A DNA stretch of 62,675 nt, filler included, from Sphacelaria rigidula (GCA_964200075.2; 8 parts of 8 records of this genome joined end to end with filler, not necessarily neighbours in it); one strand, 5' to 3'; shown: positions 48,565 to 61,503, numbered from the whole stretch's first letter. A program made the numbers and translations. The notes: a model not told the origin generated them from the sequence alone.

Positions 48565-49905
48565 CTACAATGCAACGACGTGCACGCTCAGCATTTTCGT
48601 TACACTCGTCCATCTTAAGGCGTGTATGGAAAGTGCAGACTTAGATAGACTACAAGATGCGGTGCACACTTGAAGAGCCAACAAAGACAGGTGTGCGGCA
48701 TGTCACCGAAACAAAAGAACGAACAGTGTACCGTACCGAAACCTTTCGGAGGTGGGCGATTTGACCCCGTGAAACGGGCGTATTACCAACGAGGCAAGAA
48801 AAGATGTCGAACCGAGCCCATTTACAGTACCGCAATGCACTTCTCTGGTCGCAAGCCTCAGGGCACGAAGTACCCTACTTTTTGCTTCCGAACCAAACGT
48901 TACCCAAACTTGAAACCAGATAAAGAACAACATTCCCGAGCGTTTCCACACGTATACCGATACAGACATTCTGCGACTCGATCGTGATATGTGACTGCCC
49001 ATGGAGCAAAGATTCCACAGGTCGTGAGCTACCTATACACTAATCGGAGAGGACTCTCAGGTCCGAGGTCTGACAACACAGAGAACGTGACAGCGGGTCC
49101 GAGGAACCAAAGTGCTACCTGTGCACTGCCCCGCGTGGTCGACGTGCAGCGCTGCAGAGAGCACGTATGGAAAAACGGGCCATGACTCAGCTCATGATCC
49201 CGATCGGTACACTAACAAGAAGTAATACTCGGGTAGCTCATGACCTGCACAACGTGAGGAAGATTTCGAAAGTTTGCAGCCAAGAGGTTGAGTTTCTCCA
49301 ATGTTCCAGAACAGAGTAATATTTGGTTGCGCACATTTACATCAACGTGAACACCATCACCAGCATCAACACGAGCACTATCACCAACATTAATAACAAC
49401 AGGAACATGAACAAGTTCATAGCGATGAACACTGAGTTAATTGATCCGCTACGCACGAAGGCGTGGACAATCAGTCAGTCAGTTCGCTAAAACATACAAT
49501 ATAGACATACGTGGCCCAAGCCGAGTGATCGGTAATCGGAAACACCAACACTCGTCAAGAGGAACTCGCAAAAGAAGGGAAACTATGAGGAGATAAAGAG
49601 AGAGATACGGAGTAAAGTGACAACTAAAAACGGACAAATAACCAGACAATAAAAAAAATGAAGGGAAAAGGAAAAGGCCATACTGTAGGCCATGCTCAGA
49701 TGTATGATAGAAAATCAGAAGATGTCCCGTCCCGAGGCAAACAAAAGCGACAAGCCCCTACCGCATGGTTTTAGCTCAAAAACTCGTACAGAAAAGAGAG
49801 CAATAAACAGAGTGGTAGAGTGGACAAATCAACCAAGCCAGTCATTTCGCCCACGCTTCCTTGGGGTAGCGGTATGCACTTGCACTCCCCACCATCTCCC
49901 CCCAC

Positions 49906-50076
49906 CTTGAGGCATAGTGTTTCCTTTTTCCGAGAGCCTAAAGCAGCGAGGCCCGCCACATGCGCTAGCTTGCGACTCAGCCCTCTGAGCTCCGATGCAC
50001 CCTTCTGGTGTTCCCGCAGTACCTTGTCCTTGGCTTGCGGTCGGCCCATAATGACGCCCATCATGAAAGATTGCAT
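49906..50076 (-). CDS. Thioredoxin-PUB protein, exon B
   Basis: TACAG|...|GTGGG; 171 bp, phase 0; MQSFMMGVIMGRPQ...LSRKLAHVAGLAALGSRKKETLCLK. Confidence 0.85.
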
Positions 50077-50436
50077 CTGTACCAGAAAAATACAGAACAG
50101 CACTAGAGCATGACATGTATATGTACTACATCAGAACACAGGGATGGAGGGACACGACGTATGTCGATACTCTGTCCCATACATAAAATAATGCATCTGG
50201 GTAATCGGGAAATATGAAGCGGTGGATGACAATACGACGCTGAAACGATGGTTGTGTTTCATGCAGAAACATTCCATTTGTGTGTTTTTATCGTCTGTAT
50301 GACGAGAATTCCTGTGTGACACTGACTGAAAAATAAGACTTTTTCTCCAGAGTAAATACGGTGGCTGATATCACGATGCCGTCGCGTTGCATATCCTTGA
50401 CCGTCCTGCCTTCTCATTGTTTAAGTACATACATAC

Positions 50437-50598
50437 CTCATCTTGCGGTAGAATCCCAACAAAATTGTCCAGCAAAATGCCGTCCTTCATGCCAAATATG
50501 GAAGGAAAGGCCGCAATACCCAAAATCTCGGCCACACTCCTCTGCTTCTCGGCATCAATCTTGGCCAGCCGGAACATGCCACCTGACCGGATTGCAGC
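50437..50598 (-). CDS. Thioredoxin-PUB protein, exon A (C-terminal half of a thioredoxin fold, YbbN/CnoX-like)
   Basis: TGCAG|...|GTATGT; 162 bp; AAIRSGGMFRLAKIDAEKQRSVAEILGIAAFPSIFGMKDGILLDNFVGILPQDE has the Trx LAKID, cis-Pro and F-x-G pattern. The exon carrying the CxxC site was not found. Confidence 0.9.
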
Positions 50599-50708
50599 CT
50601 GCACTCGAAACACACGCACACATACGCGCGTACGTTGGGGATATTGATTGTCGACCCAGGCTTTCACGAAGTTCCCTTGAGAATCTGACGATTGCATGGC
50701 AGTTTACA

Positions 50709-50878
50709 AGGACAGGACAGGACAGGACAGGACAGGACAGGACAGGACAGGACAGGACAGGACAGGACAGGACAGGACAGGACAGGACAGGACAGGACAG
50801 GACAGGACAGGACAGGACAGGACAGGACAGGACAGGACAGGACAGGACAGGACAGGACAGGACAGGACGGGACAGGAC
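50709..50878 (+). repeat. (GGACA)n pentanucleotide microsatellite
   Basis: About 34 near-perfect units. Confidence 0.97.
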
Positions 50879-51242
50879 GCCTCCCCGACTGCAGCAGCAG
50901 CTACCGCTGCATACTCCCTTGCACGTTCTGGGCAGTTCTCAGCTACGGAGATCAGCTGCCTCTAACAATGTTTTCGTGAGATTAAGAGTTCAAGATACTG
51001 TTGAGAATAGGGTTTGAATGCAAACGACAGGTCTGGCGTGCCTTTCCGATTAATGAACGAAACAAGTAAGTAGCGTTCCCTAGTCAGAAAAAATATCAAA
51101 TGTTTGTCAAAAGGATACGGCGTGCAGTGTCGACTACCGTGTGTTTTTGTTTCAGTGTGAAAATTTTGACCGTGTCGGATCACTGCTTACCCTCCTTCTT
51201 TCTACACTGACTGTGACGCGCACCCGCGCAGGTTCACAAGCA

Positions 51243-54238
51243 ATGTCTAATTCCCCGTCTTCGCTAGAGCTACGTGCCGATGAAGAAGGCACATCCTCTT
51301 CCGAATCCGGTGAACCACTGCTTGCGTCGGACACAGTCGTGCCTGATCCAGTCATTGAAAGTGTAGAGGATGATGATGATGCCCAATCTCAGTCGGGAGG
51401 AATTCCTCTCTCGATGGTGCCCGACATACACCCGGGACTTGATTTCCCACTGCATGCCGCCGCCGCTTAAACTCTTACCAGTGACACTAGGCACGTCAAC
51501 TCTACTGCTAGTGGTGACCATTCGGTTCGTGATCATTCCCCTGCGGAGCCCTGCGCTTCTGATATCGTAGCCTCGACGAGTGGTCGTGAGTCGGGATAAA
51601 ACCCCGCTACGCGCCTACCCAAGAAAGCACGCGACAAAGCTAAGGTCTAGTTTAAACATAGCCGTCCCGCTGCTATTCCAGCGCATGAGTGGGACAAATA
51701 TTCCCGCGAGGAACAAGCCGCGTACTGGGACGACTTGTTGGCCCAGATAGTACAAGCGCAAGTAGAACGTAAGAATCGTGAAGCTTTCGAGCACGCTCAG
51801 GAAATCCAGCGAGTACGTTGTGAGGTCGAAGCCAAACGCAAAGCCTTGGCGGAGGGGCAGAACAAAGAAGTTCGCTTCCTCCGGCAAACCGCCAAGACTT
51901 TGCAGGCGGCTAAAGCCCAATATGAACAAGCTTTACAACAGCACAATACGACGGCGGAACAATCCACCTATCGCATTTCCGTCACTCAATGTTCACTAGA
52001 CGAGAAGATGAAACAGTTAGTTACGTATGCTCACCCGCGATCCCATCGACATTGACTCCGACTCTGATCACTCATCCACTGGTTCACCTACACTTTCCAA
52101 TGCTACTCCGAATGTCGTCCCTGTAGCCACGGGACTACCTCCCATGCCACTTGAGACGATCGCACCCGGCGTTTCAACCACGTATGGTGTGCCCCCCAAA
52201 GTTCACCGTGGCGAAACGCCCCCTACGTTTGCCACCACAGCGGACAAATCACTCTCCACTAAACCCACTCACCCAACGCTAGTTCCTAAGGCTACTCGTT
52301 CCGACGGTCTTGATCTTTCTGGTGTAGAAACTTTGGCAGCTGTTCCCCTCTACGGTGTTGTCCACGATCCTGACACCCTCCTTACCTACGCGTGTCAGGC
52401 ACAGTGCCTCACTGTTCCCGTCACTGACAGTTCGATCAAGATACTCAATTGTTTTCCGAAACACACCGAGACCGTAACGTTAGCAGGCGTCGCTCAATGC
52501 ATACGTTCCAACCCTCGTTCCGAAACTAGCCTCGCGCTACGGCATGAGTGCGTCGGGCCCCTCATCGGGCTATTCACAGAAATTGAGCATGTACGCATGA
52601 CAGTTCACGGCCCTGCTGATGGTACGGACCGTCTATACCCTACTACCACTAGTCACCTTCAGACCGGTCACGTAGGGCACAATGCAATGGACAGTGGCGG
52701 CAGTTGGACTGTTCAAGGGAAAGGAAAGAACCGTCTCAAGGATAGTGGTAAATCTCACATTTCGCAGCAGTCACGATCTCGCCGTCATCGTCGCCCTTCG
52801 TTCGATAGTGAGTCGGACAGCACTGACGGGTCTCATAATGACACGAGTGCGACCCCTTCACGTCCGGCGCCCTCCACTTTGAGCGATTTCCTTCCGCTAT
52901 CATCCACTGTCGCCAAACAGCGTCACCCTCAGCTCAAAATCAAGCAAGCGAAGGAAGACACCACACCTGCTACCCGCCGCGTACAGTTTGCCCCTTCGGC
53001 TCCCACCCCTCAATCCAGTTACCCTTCCCCCTCTTCCACGGACCGACAGGCACACATTGAGGCTGAACGCCATCAGTACAAGAACTTGGACCCGAAATTT
53101 GTGAGCAAAGTCAAGCCTTCACTACCCTTTCCTGCGGGATCTGATGTAAGCCTTTCCTGCAGCCAGTTACGACAATCCCTCACTATTGTAGTTACTGATA
53201 TCCTCTCACACTGCGACGATACATTCGTCGACCTTGAGACCAGTGATTAGGTAGATGGCTGGCTTTGGCCTTTATAGAAGGCTTTGGAGGATGCCGTCGA
53301 TTTCAGCTCTCTCGAGGCATCGAAATTGTCCAACATGCTCGATCACCACTTCGCACAAGCCGCACGTTCCCTCACCCTCGGTAATGGCGGTTACGCCACT
53401 TTCACCCTCCTTCTCAGACTCATCAGTTCATCCCTGGACACCACCCACGAAGGCGAGTCACTCGAACGCCTACTATCATTTGAGATACCCGTCGACACCC
53501 CTTTTGACCACTACCTCAAAGAATTTCGCACTTTGATTTCGGTTACGGTAAACGGTGGCAGCGAACCTGTCCCATCACAAGAAATGGTGATGAGTATTTT
53601 CCGTTCCAATATGGGACGCCAATACCCTAGCCTCAGGCCAACCGTTTTTGTCGGTACCGCAGCTACTTCACCGGTCTCGTTTCCAACCTTGGACGCTATG
53701 TGGACGAAATTAGATGAACTCCGGTCCAACCGCACTCCGGCATTAGATGGGACGGATGCAAAGCAGAATGGCTCCTCCGCAATTCACAACGGCCCCTCTG
53801 TACGGAATAGTCACAATGCTTCCGCCACCCTTTTGCCTCACCCGGTTGCCGCCCCCCCTGCGTCTCACTCCCAATCACCACCTTCTAGAACAAACCAACG
53901 CCCATGGATTCCTGCGTCTATGGCCTCTACTGGGGAGGTAATATTCGCACACACCCCAGACGCATTCAACAGTCGTTTTCCAAGCTGGCCCTTCGCGACG
54001 GAAATTTGGCCGGAAGTGTTTCAAGTAAGCACTTTGATGAGCACAACGGACCCCCCCCTCTGGGTCAGTAACGGAGATCCTAACCTTCGATCAGATGTAA
54101 TTCGCCGCTGGAAAGATCACTGCCTGAACTGTGGCACTTGGTTCAATCCTCAAACGGGGTACTCCGTAGGTGGTCAAGTTTCAACGCACTCGATGCGCCA
54201 ATGCGAAGCCCCGTTCACAAACGCATTTAACAGCCAAT
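51243..54238 (+). pseudogene. gag-like ORF1 of a retroelement, disrupted
   Basis: ~3 kb of intronless collinear ORF pieces (51141, 51735, 52027, 53284): coiled coil, Ser/Pro-rich linker, and a C-terminal CLNC-x17-H-x4-C knuckle. Broken by stops and frameshifts and cut at 54239. Confidence 0.7.
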
Positions 54239-54829
54239 TGTGCGAATCGAGGTTTAACTCTAAGATGAGGCTCAAGTGGGCAACCCGACTTGCGAACTGT
54301 TTCTAGTAGAAGTACCGAGGATAAGCTCTTATTCGGAAGAAGTAACCTTTGGAGGTGAACCCGTGACGCGTCATATTCAGTACGTCGAAGAACCGAGACA
54401 AGTAAGTCGGGTGAGCACTCTTGTTACTCTACACCACAGGGGAAAAAGTGGCAGCGCACGGATCCCATGTCCTGCGCTAACCCCCCCCTCGGGCTGCGCC
54501 AGCGCGAGGAACAATACCTCGATCATGCCCGACAGGGTGGGAGGGAGGGAGGGTGTTCGTCAGGCACGACTAAGACGGGCACCATTCGTGTCGTGGAATA
54601 AATCAGCTGCGGGTTTGTGTTTCCCCCCTCAATCAAAAAGTCTGTTTCAACGCAACGTGGATAGGCCATTGCCCACAAGATTCCGGCACGGCAACGACTA
54701 GGATACCCCCCTTCGAACCCTTCCCTCTGGCGCGAAGAACGGTGCATTGTCTTCCATCGAATTCGAGAACACGAGCAGGTGTTCCACGCACGGTGCTACC
54801 ATCGGTTGCGAACGACAAGCGTTGACGCC
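54239..54829 (+). mobile_element. Putative LTR inserted in the gag-like ORF
   Basis: Starts TGTGCGAATCGAGGTTTAACTCTAAGATGAGG, matching the repeat terminus at 54996 and 15790; runs to the contig end. Confidence 0.6.
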
Positions 54830-54929
54830 NNNNNNNNNNNNNNNNNNNNNNNNNNNNNNNNNNNNNNNNNNNNTTAATTAATTAANNNNNNNNNNNNNNN
54901 NNNNNNNNNNNNNNNNNNNNNNNNNNNNN

Positions 54930-54996
54930 TGAAAGTGTGGGGAAAGCACTGTTTTAGGCGTGAACCTCATCTCGGAGTTAAACCTCAATGCGCACA
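54930..54996 (-). mobile_element. Putative LTR 5' end abutting Gypsy pol
   Basis: Minus strand begins TGTGCGCATTGAGGTTTAACTCCGAGATGAGG. Confidence 0.6.
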
Positions 54997-55973
54997 CTTT
55001 GTTGTTGTTTCGTCGTTTGGAGCATCTTTTGTGGGATGGCGTGCAGGTTTTCGCGGATTACCGAAATCTCGTGTATATTTCCAACCCGGAAACGTGCGGT
55101 ACGTCTGTGTCGAAGGCGTTGACACAACGTTTGGAGGGTTGGAAAGGTGTTCTTGACCAGTATCGTTACTCGATTTGCCACATTTCGGGTGACCGTAACG
55201 CGTGGGGTGATTTGCTTTTGCGTTGAGTGAATATTCCGGCTTTGCCCGTGCGCGCTGTGGCTGTGTATGGTCCGTGTGAACCTGATGACTCCATGCCGTC
55301 CAGATCTGTGTCCGCCGAGTGCAACAAAAAAACCTCGGGGTCGAAAATGCCAATGTGCAATCTTTCGAGTCAGACGTTGGTACTGCTGACTAAGACAATG
55401 AAGGCCTGTTTCGTGTGCATGTGCGTGGCCGAAACGTTTTGTGGATTCCAAGCTCTGACTAGCAGTTGCAGGTACGTCTGATGATTTTCATGCAAATGCG
55501 CGACGCCGGGCATCGCGGTGTGGCTGCGACGCTCGTGCGCTTACAAGCGTTTGTGTTTGGCAGGGGATGGAAACTCATGTGCGCAAATTCGTCCGCCAGT
55601 GTCTTCACTGTGCTGACTCGAGGGCGGGCGATATTGTTCCCCGCCCGCTCGATGGAATGGTCAATGGAACCATGCCGAATAAAGTCGTTCATTTTGACTT
55701 CTGATATGTGGGCGAGAGTGGCCCGCTAGCTTCCCAAGTTTGTCGGAGAATGCTGTGTTTTGATAAATTTTGGTAAACATGGATGATTTGAGCAACTATG
55801 TGCGTATCTAGAACCAGTACCAGTGTGTACTGCTCAATAGACTGCCACATCTTTACTAAATTGGTGCGGGACTTTGGGGGTGCCGCGTGTGTGAGCGAGT
55901 GACACCGCCACGCATTTCAAGAATGCGATCTTGGCCCAATTGAGAGAGGCTTTGCACCTTGATCACCAGTTAA

Positions 55974-56650
55974 CAATGGGTTCTCGAAAATGGGGTTAAA
56001 ACGGGTCATCCTACGACAGGGGGGGGGGTATTTTGGGCCACTTCTTGCACGAAATTCCGAGTAAAATCATCGTTAAAAGCAGCAACGGTTGTTCGAACAA
56101 GCTTGTTGTGGATTAATAACTCTCATCCATACTGCCCAACACCGTTTAAAACCAAATACAAGCGCAACGCAAGTGTGGCAAGTCGTCTGACACACCTATG
56201 AGCCTCGTGTTTCGTGCAACCGAATACCCCCCCCCCCCCCTATCGTAGGATGACTCAAAACTGAAATGAGTTTCGTCTCAAAAGCCGTGCTTTCCCTGAC
56301 CTAAATTCATGACGAATGACTTTCACATGGACGACCTCATCCGTCCCGACCTCCCTGAAACTATTTGGGGGGATTTCTAGCCTTCCGTTTCCCCGAAGGG
56401 TGTCTGCGAAAGTATGATTTTTGGGCCAAAATGCGTCTTTTTTCACGTCGGCATTGAGGCAAAAGTGTGTTTTCACTTACACCCTTTGGGGGAACGGAAT
56501 GCTAGAAACCCCCCGAGCTAGTTTCAGGGAGGTCGGAAGGGATGAAATCGTCCATATGGAAGTCATTTGTCATGAATATAGGTCAGGGAAAGCACGACTT
56601 TTGTGTTGAACCTCATTTTTGCTTTCAACCCCATTTTCGAGAATCCCCTG
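55974..56650. mobile_element. Palindromic MITE, copy 3, inserted in the integrase
   Basis: Flanks rejoin approximately to GATCACCAGTT-TGCGGTGGCGTAT (DHQFAVAY). Confidence 0.85.
56003..56256. mobile_element. 254-bp MITE nested in the palindromic MITE, 5-bp TSD
   Basis: AAAAC|GGGTCATCCTACGACAGGGGG ... CCCCCTATCGTAGGATGACTC|AAAAC. Confidence 0.85.
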
Positions 56651-59369
56651 AAAGGTTGCGGTGGCGTATTCTCCGTGGTCTAACCGCACGTGCGAACGCA
56701 TTGTCGAAAAAGTAGTTCGTGCTCTCCGCTCGATTCTTCTCGAGCAGCGTACAGTTTCGGAGTGGGTGGGCGTGTTGCCTGCGGTGCAACGGGCGCTCAG
56801 TACAGCGTATCGTCGTCGTTACGATGGTCGTGCTCCTCGGACGTCTTTCGCGGTGTTGGCGCCTTCGTCGGCGGGGGAATGGAATTGTGATGTCTTGGAT
56901 GGTGGTCAAATTAAGCGTGCATAGCAAGGAGACTTGAACTTGCAAGAACCCTTCCACGTTCAAGTGTAGAAGCGTGTTGCCGCTGAATATGCGCGTAGAC
57001 GTGAGGGGTCCTCGTCGGGGCTGGAATCGCCGGTTTTTGAGGTAGGCGACTATGCCTTGTATGCACGCGTGCATCGTCCGGGCGTTACGCCCAAGTTGAT
57101 GGCGACGGGAACTGGTACGTGGAGAGTTGTTGGTGCTCACCACCCGCACGTGTTTGAGATCCATAACATCATTTCGGGTCGTGTTCCAACTGCCCATATC
57201 AATGATTTCGTGAGATTGAGAGTTGAAGATATGATCGAGAGTGAGGTCTTATTCGGGAGACGAGTCGCTTCCACGCTTCCGATAATGAAACGAATAATAT
57301 AGATGTGTAGCATGTTGAACATTCCTGCCACCCGTTGCGTGGATGGAATGGCAGAATAATCTTGAAACATGTTTCGAGTTGGACCACAGGTCACATTAGT
57401 AAAAAATGCACCGTTTAGAATGTAACCTTCACAGTAGTGGAGTCGTGCGGTTCGAGTGAAAGATATGATTGAGCCAGAATTTATTCGCCAGTGCAAAATC
57501 CTACCACCATTCGTTGTGTGGACGTGGAACCCGTTTGCGCTCGGAGTCAGGAAAAAGGCGGCTCGTTTTTGACGAGACTGTATTATCAAACTCCCCGCCT
57601 TTGTTGGGAAACACGGGTCAGATCTCTCAAACTCAGTATTCTGTTTGAAAATATCGCCGCAGTTTCCGTTGTTGTATTTCGAAACCGCAAATCATCGGGT
57701 GTGATATGATCACTGATATTCCGCCTCTTCATGCCGACAAAAGTCGCAAACCGTCATGGACGCTGGATTCTGTTCCATGATCTTACCCTCGATTGTAGCG
57801 GATCGTTCCAAATTACCTTGCACGCAGCCATTGGAACGTCTCCCGTTCATGGGCTGCAGCAAATCGATTTTGCCAGGGACTTTCGCCGACCGCATCATGT
57901 TTACGAAAATGCACCCAAACATGTGCCGACGGACCCATCAAGAACAGCTCATAATCCACCAACACAGGAAAACGAATACTACCCCATCAGCACAATAGCT
58001 GTAAAACACCGGGACCACTTGCTAGTGAGAGCACAACATTTGGAACCGGTCAACAACAAAAAAAATCATGCTGTGCTGAACAGCAATCAACGGTACAGCG
58101 AACACCGGACGCTGGGTCTCGGTAGACTTCAAGACCACCGCTCCTGCTCCACCTCTTCCGTACTTGGGAGCGGGGAACACCAGGATCGAACTTTTCCGGC
58201 ATGTAGCGGTGCAGCTCCTCGTCTACCCCATCCGTGCTCCCCTCCTCGAGGAACAGTACGTGGCCTACACAAATCGCTGACTCTGCGCACTTTGATGTCA
58301 CGCTGAACGTCGACATTTAGAAGAGATGCGCCTTGCACGTCTTCTGCATGATACTGCGGAAATTATTAATTGACGGCAGCGTTGAAGGGCACGGGTGATC
58401 GCAGGAGTTAATGGGGCTGGTTACAGGTGATGAATCGGACGCTTCAATGCAGCTGGGCAAATTTCAACAACTACAACTTGGAAATTCGCGCAAGCAGGAC
58501 GTGCATCTGTCCCGTGTGGGGATGATGCTTCTTATGCCGCGGGCTCATGCCGAGATAGCCCCCCCACAAAAAGTGCACCGGAGACCGTCGGACAAACCGG
58601 ATGCAATCATACCATTTGGCTCATTTGCAGCAATTTTGCCCACACGAGAGGCGTGTAGCACTCCGAAATCAGCTATAACGCCCAAATGAGTCGCGTCGTG
58701 CAGCACGAAACCAGCTCTAAGAGTATTTATGATCATCGCCTCCGTGCACTTTTTTGGCCGGTTCGGGGGGGGCTATCTCGGCAGCAGCCCGCGGTCAAAC
58801 GTATTCATCCACTTGGCACCACACGAAGACGATACCGACACGCTCAACACTACGCGGGTACTCACAATCGAAAAGACGTGGACTGATCCTGTCGAGCGGC
58901 TAGGCAGCCTCGACTACAGCGACATTAAACGCGACATCCTCCGAGGCCTTGTCCAGCTTGATCGTGTCTTCGTCGGGGAGGTTTGTCTGGTTCATGGAGA
59001 AAGTGCCAGCGACAGCGGAGGGAAAAAGACGGTGCGCATGAGGTACGGGTGCGAGTGCTCAGAGCTCAGTTGCACGCAGTGCGTGCTGGTATGATCGTCA
59101 GGGGTTGCGACATATCATGAAATCGTACATGCACGGGTGGGAGCAACCACCCTATACACAATACCTGGAGTAGTAGCCCCGTCATGCACTAGAGTCGTCG
59201 GCAGGCCCCCTGTTCAACAAAAGTCTGTCGAGAAAAATACTCGAATTGGCAGAAGTAGCGAGACGGGTACAAAAAGGATATCTCAAAATGGGCAGGCTGC
59301 CGCGATTGTGAACGAGGGCCGAAAAACACATTTTCATGTTGACGCATTTCAAAACCATCGCTACCCCTG

Positions 59370-59518
59370 ATCTTAGCCCAATCCAAGGCAAACCGAGATC
59401 TCTCGGGCAAGGGAGGTACATGGCGTTCCCTAGCCCAAGTGCGGCCTCGGTGCACCCCAAATCGGCGCCCGCGGCGCCGACTTCAACGAAAACGTGTTCT
59501 GGGCACGCGAGGACTACA
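59370..59518 (+). repeat. Telomere-headed hairpin element, copy 2 (head eroded)
   Basis: CCAAGGCAAACCGAGATCTCTCGGGCAAGGG...AAATCGGCGCCCGCGGCGCCGACTT. Confidence 0.75.
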
Positions 59519-59779
59519 CGGGACTGTCGGCTCCACTGAAGATCCGATCATCGCTGTCCACACTCAAAGCGAATGATATCCACCATGGACATACTACTGC
59601 AGTCAACTCTGCTTTCATGGCGTCAGGTTGAAGGTGTACGTACATGCCGGAGTTCGTGCGACCCAGGACTTGTGCACATGTACAGCGAACAGCACGCGGG
59701 TAGGACATGGCAGCTGGACCGAGGCGACCTGACGAACTGTACGTAAACAATGGTTGATACAATGGAGGTGCCGCCAATT

Positions 59780-59940
59780 CTAACGCTAACCCTAACCCTA
59801 ACCCCGACCAAGGCATACCGAGAACCCTCGGGCAAGGGGGTGCAGAGCGCTCCCTAGGCAAAGTGTGCGTTGCCAGAGCTCAAATCGACGCCTTTGAGCC
59901 GATTTTGGACGAAAACACGTTGTGGACGAGCTGGGTCTAC
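59780..59940 (+). repeat. Telomere-headed hairpin element, copy 3
   Basis: CTAACGCTAACCCTAACCCTAACCCC then CCAAGGCATACCGAGAACCCTCGGGCAAGGG...GTGCGTTGCCAGA. Confidence 0.8.
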
Positions 59941-61503
59941 TGCTCACCACTGCTCACCTGCCCCAGACCATGAATTTTCTCAGAACTTTGTTCATTCTGG
60001 AGTCGAGTAAAATCGAGTACCAACCATTCTTTACGTACAGTTGGTAAGGTCTACTGGCTGGACCTATTTGATAGAGGGACTATCCCGTAGGGGATGCGCT
60101 CTGGACAGGGGAATGTGTATACCTTCTTCTTGTATTAAACTCTTATAACCTTCACTCACCAAACATCAATCGTGCAAGCTCCACCCGAGCTGCTTTCTCC
60201 ACCCGAAATGCAATGCCTAAAATGCACCCTGAAGTACAACTGAGTCACGGTAGGGAGGACTGCATGCCGGGTTCCCCCAATTGTTCCACACCCAGTCATG
60301 ACATAATCCGTCAACGTACACAATCCGATACCCACGATCCTTCGTCCATCTGCACGGCATGTACCCGAAATAATCCAAGTACACATGCACTAGTGTTCAG
60401 CTCGACGATATTCAATTAGCCCCCCACGTTGAGGCTGAACCTTACATCACACAAAAAATCGCAGTTCCATTCCATGAGATCGGGCAAATTCAAAATACAA
60501 ATGCCGGGATACATGGAAGATTCAGCAAGAAAAAACAAAATCATCATGGGGCATTGATTCCTGAATGATATGTCCCCCTGACCCCACATCATCTCACTAT
60601 ATTCGGGAGCATAAAATATCAAATCTCTCGACCTATTTTCCCATAATTTCCCAAGAAAAACATATTTTTCTCACCATGCAAGTGCCGGAGTATATGGGGG
60701 ACTCAACAAGAAAAAACGAAAAGTCATCAAGGAAAATCACTTCCTACATCATATGCCCCCCTGACCCCATATCATCTCGCCATTTTCGGGAGCATAAAAT
60801 GTCAAAAGTCGGGACGTGTTTCTCCAAAAATATCTCATGAACATATGGCCGGAAATCCAAGATCAATAGATTGACCTACCAAATAGAATCCGTCATATGC
60901 CATGATTCTTAAAAGATAAATGTTTGTACATCAATCGGCCCCTTGACCTTTTTCGTGGCGACAGCACATGCTTGGAAACTTTCGAATTTTATGTCGAAGA
61001 TCAAACTTACATGGAGGGAAAATTCCCATCATGTCGTCATCTCGGTGATAATATGAAAAAAACCGAGAGCGAATCACACAAAAGTCGAACTCAAATCGAA
61101 CTGTGAAATGTATGACACACTACAAAGCTTCAAATCCTCATGCAAGATCAAACAAATCCTTGTGGTGCATCCCAGGCTGTTGCAGATATGATGCCTAATA
61201 GTTAAATCAGTGCATTCGGACAGTGGTCACATTGCTGCGCTTTTACTCTAAATCAAAATATTCAATGCATAAATCTCCCACCAAGTTGAAGTGATCTACA
61301 AATAAATACTTGGCAGTCTACATCGGAGTATAATATTCTCCAAAATCCATCTTCAGCTTTCTGCATTCTTCCATGGTCACGTCCCCCCTCCTTCATCGAA
61401 ACGGCTCCGCATCTTTGCTCCACTCCACCGGCATCACTCCCCTGCTCCAACCCATCGGCACCGCCCCCCCGCTCAGTTTCACCGGCGCCAATGACGCCAC
61501 GCA

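Larger units (their letters stand above)
54997..57200 (+). pseudogene. Ty3/Gypsy pol remnant (RNase H + integrase), interrupted by MITEs
   Basis: VFADYRNLVYI...HISGDRNAWGDLL (RNase H end), then AGHRGVAATL...FVRQCLHC (HHCC), VAYSPWSNRTCER (rve core) and KLMATGTGTWRVV...TAHI (integrase C-terminus). RH-then-IN order indicates Gypsy. Confidence 0.92.

Noticed and set aside
50361..51017. GQDRT-repeat protein ORFs
   Set aside because: Translation of a (GGACA)n microsatellite, antisense to a real exon.
59780..59806. True telomere or telomerase RNA gene
   Set aside because: Only 3-4 interstitial units inside a multi-copy dispersed repeat; nothing else supports a telomerase RNA.
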